A stretch of DNA of 64,000 nt from Phaeosaccion multiseriatum (lineage: Eukaryota; Protista; Ochrophyta, other classes), in NCBI GenBank assembly GCA_965112735.1, contig OZ218960.1, forward strand, positions 2,852,001 through 2,916,000, read 5' to 3'. Under the pieces are notes generated by a model. It was not told the DNA's origin, did no database searches, and saw only the letters and a program-made list of their open reading frames with translations. Positions 13,401 through 23,225 of the stretch are shown piece after piece; position 1 is the first letter of the stretch; each line of letters starts with the position of its first letter. The position numbers and the translations under genes are program-made.

Positions 13401-16331
13401 AGAGAAGAAGATGAAGGAAGAAGGAGAAGAAGGAGATGACGAGGTGAAGGAGGTTCCGCGACGTCGCCGCGGTCTGGGCTCTTCATCCGCCAAGGCATCA
13501 AAGAAGGACAGCGGGAAGGAAGACAACGGCGATGACACGAGCAAGGGCCGTGATGGTAAGATGCCAAAGAGCAAGACCAAGGAGGGCAGCAGCAAGACCG
13601 AGGAGGGCGGCAAGAGAGTCAAGGAAACCTCGGGCTGCAATGCCGGCAACTGCGGCTCTCAGTGCCGCCTCTGTGGACCCGGCGTGACGAACAGCGACGG
13701 TGAACCCGTGCCTTGCCCTGAGGTGCCTCCCTCCTGCCCCACCCCGGGTGAGTTGATTGACATGACTGATGTACCTGACTTGAGACGGTACTCTCTCGAT
13801 GCCTCCTCGTCTCCCTCTCCTCCTCGTGAATGCTCCTTAGCTCCCCACCTTGTTCTCTAACGCAACCCCCCCCCCCCACCCTACCCCTCCTCTTCTCCCC
13901 ACCTACCCACAGCCCCTGTCCAGACTATGGCCCCCGTCTGTATCCCTGACCCCTGCCCGGAGCTTTGCTTCCGAGCGGATGGCAGTGGAGGAGCCCTCGA
14001 CTGTGTCACTGACAAAGAGTGCGCCGGCCTCAACGCTCCTGTCGGATGTCAGGCATATGGAACCGCCAAGCCCAGAGCCTGCCGCTTCTGCGGTGCCAAG
14101 GCCTCTGCCCTGGGCTACGACCTCGACTGCCCGGCTGTCTGCGATGAGCCCACATTGGCCCCTACGCCGTACCCTACGCCGTCGCCTACGGTGTCCCCTA
14201 CTGCTTCGCCCACGCCTTCACCAACACCTTCACCTACGGCATCCCCTACGCCGTCGCCTACGGCGTCCCCTACCGCTTCGCCCACGCCTTCACCAACACC
14301 TTCACCAACGGCTGCACCTACGGCATCCCCTACGCCGTCGCCTACACCGTCCCCTACCGCTTCGCCCACGCCTTCACCTACGGCTTCACCTACGGCATCC
14401 CCTACGCCGTCGCCTACGGCGTCCCCTACCGCTTCGCCCACGCCTTCACCAACACCTTCACCTACGGCTTCACCTACGGCCTCCCCTACGGCGTCCCCTA
14501 CCGCTTCGCCCACGCCTTCACCAACGCCTTCACCTACGACAATGGCCCCTGTCTGCGAGCCCGACCTGTGCCAGGAGAAGTGCTTCTACGCCGGAGGATA
14601 CGCCAACTGTATCACCGATCACGCCTGCATGGGCGAATCTCCTCCCGCTGGCTGCAACCCGTACCCCGAGGCCGAGAGCGACACCTCCATGTGCCGCATC
14701 TGCACCGGCGACGAAAGTGATCCTTGTCCCGTCGTCTGCCGCTCCTACCCCACCCCGGCCCCGGTGGTGAAGGACACTCTGGCACCCGTCACCCTGGCTC
14801 CTTCCCATCCCCCCACCACTCCCGCCCCCACTCCCACCCCCACCTGCATTCCGGAGCACGACGTTTGCGCCTACCAATGCGAGAACAGCGCTTCCGGCAA
14901 GGCTTGCTTCACCGATGTCAGCTGCTTGGACTCGGAGGTTTCCAACGTGGGATGCAATGCCGAGGGCTTTGGTCAGACTTGCCGCTTCTGTGGACCCTCC
15001 ATGACAGACTTGAACGAGGGCGTTCCCATCGAGTGCCCTGTGTACTGCCCCTTCACCCCGGCCCCGACTCTTCCCCCCACAGTGGTGAGTGAGTGAGTGA
15101 GTGAGTGATTTGTTGGCTTACAAGGTTGAATAGAGGCTTTCGCGGCATGTTCTGGTAGTACAGGGGTGTGTGTGTGTGCAGTGTGGTGTGGTGTGTGATG
15201 TGGTGTGGGCGCGTGGGCGTGGCCGCCATGGGCCCACTGCTCTGGAGTCGACATACATGACTCTAATCTACGTCCCTTTCTCTCTCTCTTGCGCTTCAGG
15301 CTCCAACAATGCCCCCCACGGACCCTCCTACGATGCCCCCCACGGACCCTCCAACGATGCCCCCCACGGACCCTCCTACGATGGCTCCCACACACCCTCC
15401 TACACACCCTCCTACACACCCTCCAACACAACCCCCTACACACCCTCCTACAAAGCCCCCTACAGTGGCTCCCACCAAGGCCCCTGTCATGGTGAGAGAT
15501 ATTCGTACGTCGTCACATTATAGTGTACCTTGGTCGTGTTCAATTGAATCATTAGACTGATTGATTGATTGATTGATTGATTCATGGCCTCTTGCCTGAC
15601 GCCCGCCTCTTTCTACCCCACTCCGCCCCACCCTACCCCATCCCACAGCCCCCCACCCCGGCCCCCACGGACTGCTGCGATCCCCTCGGCAAGGAGGATG
15701 AGCAGTACCTCATCGACTACGGCAAGGAGTTGGTTTGCGACTACACATGCTCCAGCGACGACCCCCCATCGTAAGTTTTACTAACTAAAGATTACTTCGA
15801 GGTATTATAACTGTTACAACTGTTACAACTGTTTGTTGCTTGGAAAGGCTTGCAAGGGAAGGCACTCATGCCGGAGAGCTTGCGTCGTGTGTGCTTCGCG
15901 TCGCGTCACACATCACCACATCGTCATCATCATCATCATCATCATCACCGTTCCTCACCCTCCCTCCCTCCCTGCCTCTCCACCCCTGAAACGTTCGTAA
16001 CAGGCACTGCAACATGCTCGGCAAGGGTCAGGACTGCCGCGCCTGCCACACCACCGCCGGAGCCACCAAGTACCTCACCGGCAGCGACAAGCAGGAGGGC
16101 GAGACGTGCAAGGACCTCCTCATGTGCGGTGACGATGAGTGCGTGGAGGTAGAGGCCAGCGCCTCGGGCACTCGCTCCGGCTCCTCCTCCAACAACAAGT
16201 CCAAGACAACCACGGGGGCGATTGCGGGCGTGGGTGCGGCGGCGGTGGTGGTGGCGGGTGTGGCCGCTGCGGTGGTGTACAAGAAGAGGCAGCAGACTGC
16301 AGCCACAGAGGTGACTGGCGACGAGCTGTGA
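4430..16331 (+). CDS. Giant (~2,214 aa) type-I membrane mucin/AGP-like protein: signal peptide, Pro/Thr repeats, Lys-rich KxxK blocks, FAS1 domain, 5 Cys-rich modules, C-terminal TM helix
   Basis: 19 GT-AG exons join in frame (6,645 nt): 4430-4547, 4741-4860, 5064-5738, 6370-6933, 7356-7766, 7966-8409, 9064-9326, 9508-9557, 9731-10218, 10524-10712, 11063-11251, 11512-11700, 11924-12112, 12365-12553, 12995-13747, 13913-15084, 15300-15491, 15649-15770, 16004-16331. N-terminus [28 protein letters not shown]; C-terminus [25 protein letters not shown]. That it is one transcript is inferred from splice-phase consistency. Confidence 0.8.
5132..5632 (+). repeat. Coding 39-bp tandem repeat ([13 protein letters not shown])n, about 12 copies
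   Basis: Near-identical units gtgtggacggaaccccctgtggagccaacaccagtcccg, with periodic 21-bp extensions. Confidence 0.95.
6370..10300 (+). repeat. Exon-intron cassette duplication family A (4 copies)
   Basis: Exons ending KNAKG are followed by the same intron 5' sequence gtgagt.gga.ggcacggcgggggctt.gagggg..agttgctca at 6934, 7767, 8410 and 10219. Exons 5, 6 and 7 share the start acggttcaaagaa.agctcccct. Confidence 0.92.
9210..10010 (+). other. Fasciclin (FAS1) domain within the giant surface protein (exons 7-9)
   Basis: The spliced sequence has H1 ([11 protein letters not shown]), the YH motif (ILTYHV) and H2 ([13 protein letters not shown]). Confidence 0.93.
10480..12700 (+). repeat. Exon-intron cassette duplication family B (5 copies of a 189-bp phase-1/1 exon plus flanks)
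   Basis: Five near-identical exons encode [29 protein letters not shown](Q/K)[31 protein letters not shown](G/D)K. Their introns are homologous and differ mainly in (CACT)n length. Confidence 0.95.
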
Positions 16332-16829
16332 GCTGTGAGCTGTGAGCAGAGTGTTTAAATTTTTTTCCTTTTGTTTTTGTTTAGCTAATGTGTGAACTCA
16401 TGTTTTGTAATTTGAGTAAGTGAATGCGTGAGTGAGGGAGTGGGGAGTGTGAGTGAGTAGAATGTATTATATGGTTTTATATGTGAGGTATCTGTTCATG
16501 TGTTACAGTATTATGAGTGAGTTTTAGTTGGATATGTGTGTGGGGCTTTTGAGCCGCCACTAGCTAAAATAATGACGAGAGTATGATGAGAACAAAACAG
16601 TGAGATGCGCCGCCTCTCGCCGGGTTGCCTTCCTTCCATCCTTCGCTCTCCGTTTGCACTTCAAAGCTCGAGGGGTGCCCCTCTGGACTCGCACAGAGGT
16701 ATTACACCCAGGCCACACCGATAAAATAATCATAATGAAAATAAGTTGGGAAGCGTCGCATTTGGAAGAATCTGCCGCGGGCGGGCGTGGGTGGGGGGGG
16801 GGGGTTCGTCTTCTAGCAACGGTCTTGTG

Positions 16830-16910
16830 AGAAGTCGTACTTTTGCTAGACTGATACCTCCCGGTCTGAATTCAGAGGGCAGGTATCAGTCTAGCAAAAG
16901 TACGACTTCT
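16830..16910. repeat. 30-bp perfect inverted repeat (hairpin) with 21-nt spacer
   Basis: agaagtcgtacttttgctagactgatacct (16830-16859) is the reverse complement of aggtatcagtctagcaaaagtacgacttct (16881-16910). The spacer contains the palindrome tctgaattcaga. Confidence 0.93.
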
Positions 16911-17085
16911 AACAGGCGGAAAAACCCGTCGGGGCAAAACTAAACCGTAGACGGCCCTGTACACCCCCCCATGAGTGTCCTTCTTGCCGTATGAGTGTGT
17001 GTAGGCCTCTATTATGCTTACATCAGTCCAAATTAGGTCCAAAGAGCCCACCGCAAAGCGCCTAAATCCCCTTGCTTCGACCCGC

Positions 17086-17580
17086 GGAGGTGTCGCAATC
17101 ATCTTCAACTACCTCGCGACCACTTCGTCCCTCGGCATCACGTACTCATCTGCCTCCTTCTCTCCCTACGACTCTGCTCCATCCTATCTCAGTGACCCTC
17201 TGCAGCTGGTGGCCTACTCGGACGCCTCCTACGCCTCCTGCCCTGACAAGCGCCTCTCCATTACGGGGCTCTCTCTTCACCTTGGCGGAGCAGCTGTGCA
17301 GTGGAGCAGCAGCAAGCAGTCTATTGTCGCTTGCTCCTCCAGCGAGTCGGAGTACGTGGCGGCAAGCAGCGCCACCAAGGAGATACTCAGCATGCGGTAT
17401 ACGCTGCGGGACTTCGAGTGCGAGCAGCGCTTTGCCACTTTCCTCCTTCAGGACAACAAGGCGGCCATCAACCTGGCGGAGAACGAGCTCGCGCCGAGGA
17501 GGACCAAGCACATCGACGTGCGCTACCACCACATCCGCCAGCAGATCAAGTTCGGCACCGTCGCCATGGAGTATGTGATT
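17086..17580 (+). mobile_element. Ty1/copia LTR-retrotransposon fragment (end of RT plus RNase H)
   Basis: Motifs LVAYSDASYA, SITG, VQWSSSKQSIVACSSSESEYVAA, QDNKAAINLA and RTKHIDVRYHHIRQ. No integrase, gag or LTRs are visible. Confidence 0.93.
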
Positions 17581-19059
17581 TTGCGGTGTCGTGTGAATTG
17601 TGATTCGCCTTTCATTCAAGTATGAGATTTTGGTTTTTGAAAGGGAGGATATCTAAATCGAGAACGCGATGATACATTGCGGCGCGCGAGACAAGCGCGA
17701 GGCGGCTTGGAGAAGACTCTTCTCGCCTTGATCCCCGTCTAAGACTGGCTTCAGCTCCTGTGCACCTCTGGCTGCTGCTGCTACCATGTCGGGACCGACC
17801 GAATCAAGGCGAAGACTTGGGCAAACTCTTGGTGGGGCGGTATCACGGCCATGCGCTAGTGCAACCCCCTCAACATCCTGTAGGATAAGAGGGAACGAGC
17901 AGAGCATCGTCAGTATCAAAGAAGAGCATAATGACTCTGGGGCCGCCGATAATGGACCGGAGGTGATGGGCATTGAGGGTCTTGCTTAGGCAGTACTTGC
18001 TTTATGGCGGGAGGCCAAGTCACCTCCGTGGGGTTCGTGAGGGAGGGAAGAGGCACAGGAGACCAACTGACAAAGCCCGTCCCTCTACAAAGGCTACTGC
18101 GAAAGCGCGTGGCAGCAGCTCAATAAGAATGTATTCAATTGTTGGTGTACGAAGGAGGTCGTGATGGTCGCCAGGGCATTCGACAAGTACAAGCGGCCAT
18201 AGGAGGAGAGCGAGAGCCACCCCCCCCCTGAGAGGGTCCATGAGAGCGAATGATGATTGTCTTTTCAGGCCACCGAAACAGGCTTCCACGAGAGGCTACC
18301 CGGCGGGGACCCAGTTTGTAAACCGCCATATTTTTTAGTATATCTGGGCAAACTTTGAGGATCGCATATTGCGTCGTATAGACTGCCCGACAGAGGCGTA
18401 CATTGCGCTCGGGCTGGGATACGATGTAACACTACGAGTATGCGACCGCTTGTACAGACGCATATGCGATTATGCGTTTCACATACTAGGGCATATGGTG
18501 TCGCATATTCTGAGTTAGTCTCGCGATCGTATATATATCTCTGCCACCGCACTTGGTAGGCCCTCCATTGTCGCCACACATCCCGTACGCAGTCTTGAGT
18601 GCCTCCCCAGCGCTCCTTCAAGCTTCGGATGTTCGGACTTATAGCGCTACAGCCGGGCGACGTCGCATGGGGGTGGGTGGTCCTTCGCTATATTTTCGTT
18701 ATATTTCGGCCATTCGCGGCGGATACACAGGGCTTTGGGAGCATGCAAGTGGTCGCATATTTTGAGAATATAAAAGGTACTCCCAGCTCAGCTGCATAAA
18801 TGGCCAATGTGTGCCCATATTCGTATACTATACTTTCCCTCCCCTCGCTCGCAAGTCAAACTTCAATTTATTTATCTCGCATCCTCGGCAGTAAAGGGTG
18901 AAGGGCGTCGGAAGAGCGGGGGGAGACGGTTCCCTTCTCGGCAATGTAGGCCTGTTCCTTCTCTTCAATCTGTATCCCTCCCTCGCTTCGCATGCTTTGC
19001 ATATCCAGCGTACGCTTGCCGGCGGGAGCCGGACCAACGGAGGCTGTATGCAGTACGTT

Positions 19060-19225
19060 TCTCACACGCCTCAGCCTCCTGGGTCGTCTCCGCCTTCAAG
19101 GACCTACAACGTCCCTCCTAAGGCGCACCCTGGCAGGTTCACACCTCCTGGAAGGGCTTAAATGCCACCGACGATACTTGGGAACCTTTGACCGTCATGA
19201 ATGATGACATTCCCGCTCTCTTGGG
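19060..19225 (+). mobile_element. Degenerate chromodomain, probably from a Ty3/gypsy integrase C-terminus
   Basis: Reading through an in-frame TAA (19119-19121) gives SWVVSAFKDLQRPS*GAPWQVHTSWKGLNATDDTWEPLTVMNDDIPALL, which has the WKG...DTWEP chromo signature. Confidence 0.72.
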
Positions 19226-19769
19226 AGCAATTCCTCTCCTCTTTCCCTCGTCGCTCTTTGGCGGAGGACGCTAAACGCTTCCTTCGGTCTCGCGGCCCCT
19301 CGTCACGCCGACCCCCGCGAGGAGCAGGCCGCTGATAAGGAACCCTTCGGGAACCCTTTTTGGGTACTTTTATTCATATGAACATGTTCTCTCTCTCATC
19401 TTCTCTTTTAGCATTTAGTTTAGTCTTCTTAGTCGAGCTTCTCTCTCGAGGGGGAAGTGTTGCCCCTACAGCCTCATTCATTGCCTTCTTACGTGTAACT
19501 GTCACCACGCAGTCTGCCGTATAACAATTGTACAATAATACAATGTACCACAATGAGGTGGCACACACAGCCCACCGGGAGTAGTAGCCTGTGGCGCTCC
19601 CTCACTCTTAGCTTATCCACCCTAAAGCCAAAGGAGACTCGGCTCTTTACTGGAGCTGAGGCAAGGCCTCCAAACTTTACAACCTTGCACCCATCTCATA
19701 GATTATTGGCTCACTTTCCGACTTGCTAGCGATAGCAGGGTTGGCTACACTCGTCCCGCTTGGTTCTGA

Positions 19770-20201
19770 GGCGACCCCGGTTCCTGGTTCTGGCCGGCGC
19801 CAGCCGGCCTGGTTCCTGGCTGGTTCTAGTCGGCGCCAGCCGGCCAGGCAGGTTCCAGGTTCTGGGGGAAAGCCATGTAATAGGCCAAGGTTGGTTCCTG
19901 GTTCTGGTCGGCGCCAGCCGGCCTGGTTCCTGCTTCTGGGCCGGCCTGTCTCAGAACCATGTTAGGGGCCGACTAGCCTACACGTAGCAATCAGCTTCCT
20001 CACTTCTTCCGACTGATGCAACTCGCTTCTCTGATCCAGCCATCCTCGGCGTTCATGGAAAGGGTCTTCTCCACCCAGAATAGGGTGATCAGTCCTGGCC
20101 AAGCCAACATGAAGGAGGACTTGCTTCAGCTGACAGTGATGTTGTGTCACAACCGCGAGCATGCAGACACGGTAGGCTGGCCGCATTCGACGACGAACTG
20201 A
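19770..20201 (+). mobile_element. hAT-family DNA transposon remnant (C-terminal dimerisation-like motif with adjacent short GC-rich repeats)
   Basis: LIQPSSAFMERVFSTQNRVISPGQANMKEDLLQLTVMLCHN matches the SSAxxERxFS..L..D..VML..N pattern. It is preceded by three ggttct(g/a)g.cggcgccagccggcc units. Confidence 0.7.
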
Positions 20202-20938
20202 GCAGACAAGTACTTGACCTTGCTTTTGCTGAGCAGCTTGCCGAGCTGCCGAGACGCGGGAGAGCTCTTGCGTCGGCGCAGGTCATTAGGAGCTTATCTG
20301 CTGCAGACAGAGAATGAACGTATATTTGAGCAAGTAACAAACGCGTATATAGGGTGTCCGCACAATATACGCATATATATCATAAAACGCATATACTGGG
20401 TGTCGACAAAACACAATATGCGATTGTACTTTCGCATATTGCTCTCCCCTCGAGCAGTATATACCCTTCTCCTGCTATAGCATATGCGATTGCAATTTTT
20501 TCGGGCCCTGCGGGCGGCTGGTTAACTGGGTCCCTACTACCCGCGTGCTTCTGAACAAGGAACAAGAGAAGGCCAACCTGCTGCTCTGCTCGTGTGCCGG
20601 AAGCTTCATCGACGAGTGACGAGAGTGATGACGGCTTGGTATCTCTCCACCTACCTCGGGCTTCCTGTGCTCTCCGACTCCATCACTCTTCGCCTCTCGC
20701 GTTCTCTCCCCGAGGCCCACAGGAGCCCCACACTCGCACTTCCAAACTCGAGGGGGTGTCGCTCTCGACTGGTGAGCTTGCACAGAGGTGTTATACACAC
20801 CCACACGCACAGAATGGAGGCGTGAGGGGTATAGGAAGTGTCAGAGAACTGAAAGGTTCGTTTGGTCATGTACATTTGATAGATATAGTCATGGATAGAG
20901 AGCTAGCGAAAGCCAGCGCCAAATGCGCGGCCTGAGCT

Positions 20939-22211
20939 CTAGTGGGACGAGCCAGAGGAGGAGCTGCTGCTGCCGCTGCTGCCGGAGGACGAGGACGAGG
21001 AGGAGCCGTAGCTACCACTGAGGTGATACGCCACAGTCTGGCCGCAGATGGAGTAGTAGAAGTGGCAGTACATGTTCTCCTTCTCGGGCCACTTGGGCTC
21101 CCAGTAGCGGTAGAAGGGGCTGCTGCCGCTGGACGAGCCGGACGACGAGCCGCTGCCAGAAGACGAGCCGCGGCCAGAGAAGGAGCCTGAACCGGAGCCC
21201 GAGGAGAAGGATGACCCAGAGGAGTCGCCGGAGGAGGAGGAGGTGGTGAGCTTGCGGGCGGGGCAAGGAGGGCACTCGCCCGTCTCGCGGTGGAAGGCCT
21301 CGCCCTCTTCGGTCAGCAGGTGGCGCCCGGGGCTGTCCTCCTCGGCGAAGCACTCCGTGCCGCACAGCTCGCGGTTATGGTCGCCGCTGGAGGACGAAGA
21401 CGAGGAGGAAGAGCCGCCGCTGGAGGACGAGCCGGAGGACGAGAATCCGTGGGGGCCCTTTGAGAAGATCCAGGGGTGGTAGTAGGGATGGTAGTAGTCC
21501 ATGCAGTGGTCCTTGTAGTAGGGCAAGTAGCTGTGGCAGTAGTCCATGCCGTACATGGGGAAGTCCTTCTGCTTGCAGTAATGCTGGCGAGCGAGCAAGC
21601 GGGGGAGGGGGGTCGCAGAAGGGGTCGCTGAGTCTCAAGGCCGGTGCAAATGCAGTCTGGATGCTCTGTCTCTAACACTCGCTCGCTCGCTCGCTCATGC
21701 TCACCCACTCACCGTGCAAGTGTGGTCCGGGTCTTCAAACACGTACTCCTCGTGCCACTTGGGCTCCTTGAAAAGTCGAGCCATGGGACAGGCGAGGAAC
21801 TAGTTAGTACTTTGTGAGCGAAGTGATTGATCAACGTTGCTGGAGAAGGCCAAACTCTTCAGTGCTCTTGCTTACCGGGACTTTGTAGAGCCACTTGCCG
21901 TGGTCATCCTTGATCCAGCGGGGGTGGAGCTTGATATCGTCATAGTCCAGGTGCTTGCCGCCGTGGACGGGGTAGATGCCTCCATGCGATCCCGAGGAGG
22001 AGCCCGAGGATGAGGACGATGAGCCGCCCCTGCTCCCGGAGGAGCCGCTGAAACCCTTCGGGAAATACGCGGGGTAGCTCCCGCTGCCGGAGGAGCCGCT
22101 GCTGCTCTTGCTGCTACTCCCGGCGAGCTCACGGTCATCCGCCTGCTCGAGGGAGAGGCCTTGGGCGGCGAGGCATGACGCCAGGAGGAGGGTAGCGAGG
22201 AAAGCGCGCAT
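20939..22211 (-). CDS. Secreted Ser/Gly-rich, Tyr/His/Cys-rich precursor protein with four RXL motifs (~344 aa)
   Basis: Exons 22211-21876, 21766-21713 and 21583-20939 join in phase 0. Signal peptide MRAFLATLLLASCLAAQG; RXL sites DREL, NREL, GRHL and ARKL; strong GC3 codon bias. Confidence 0.85.
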
Positions 22212-22514
22212 GATGATCGACTCGGATGCGATGGGCTGTGTGGGAATGGTTGTGAAGGCTGTGCCAGCTCCCTCCCCGCTAACAGCATGGAAGCTTTTAA
22301 TGCGAGTTCCAAAAGCATGCTCGCGCCAAGAACAGAGCCCAACTGCCAAGGGCAACAGGGGCCAGGAAATTCAAACTCACGTTTGCGTATGCCGAGCTGA
22401 GAACGAACCCTGAGTTTATAAAGTTCACAGGACAGACGACAAGCAGGCCACCCTGCTGCTTTGTTTGTATACCGCTTGTGTGCTGCTGATCTTGGGGTGT
22501 GAGGGAGGAGAAGA

Positions 22515-22822
22515 TCGGCCCTGGACAAGGTTATCTGATTACTGATTACGGCCGGCGCAGCCGGCCTGATTACTGATTATGGCGCCAGCCGGGCCTGATT
22601 ACTGATTATGACCGGCACCAGCCGGCCTGATTACTGATTATGGACACCAGCCGGTCTGATTACTACCACACCAGTAATCAGACCGGCTGGTGTCCATAAT
22701 CAGTAATCAGGCCGGCTGGTGCCGGTCATAATCAGTAATCAGGCCCGGCTGGCGCCATAATCAGTAATCAGGCCGGCTGCGCCGGCCGTAATCAGTAATC
22801 AGATAACCTTGTCCAGGGCCGA
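22515..22822. mobile_element. 308-bp palindrome (150-bp arms, 8-nt loop) with internal tandem repeats; foldback/MITE-like
   Basis: 22515-22664 is the reverse complement of 22673-22822, with loop accacacc. Each arm has 4-5 ctgattactgatta units separated by GC-rich gccagccggc-like spacers. The palindrome is certain; the mobile-element status is inferred. Confidence 0.75.
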
Positions 22823-23225
22823 AGAAGGGCACACGAAAACAAGCTCATTTCATCCCAGGGGGTGTTGAGCCTACTCCCCTGACGTGCTATCTGCTGCCGG
22901 CTATCTGCTATCGAGAATGTGGTCGATAGCACGTCAGGCAGGGGTCGATCCGTAACCCACTAGAGTCGACTCATCGAGCCGAGGCCAGCGACCCTTCTTG
23001 GCACCACTCCCTCCTGAGGCTGCTCTCACGCCTGCCGCCTCCGCTCACAGTCTCTTCACAGGCGCTGCCGGGGCACTTCGTTGTCCTCGCCGTTGTTGTT
23101 ATCGTCTTCGTCGCGGCCTGCTTGGTGCGGAGATACGCTGCAGGGGGTCACTTGCCATCATCGGAGGACGAATTGAAATAGACTACAAAGTCGAACTGCC
23201 GCTGCTGCTGCCGCTGCTGCTACTA

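Noticed and set aside
17014-19250. One intact LTR retrotransposon
   Set aside because: The copia RNase H and gypsy-type chromodomain come from different superfamilies, and no LTR pair, gag or integrase core is visible.
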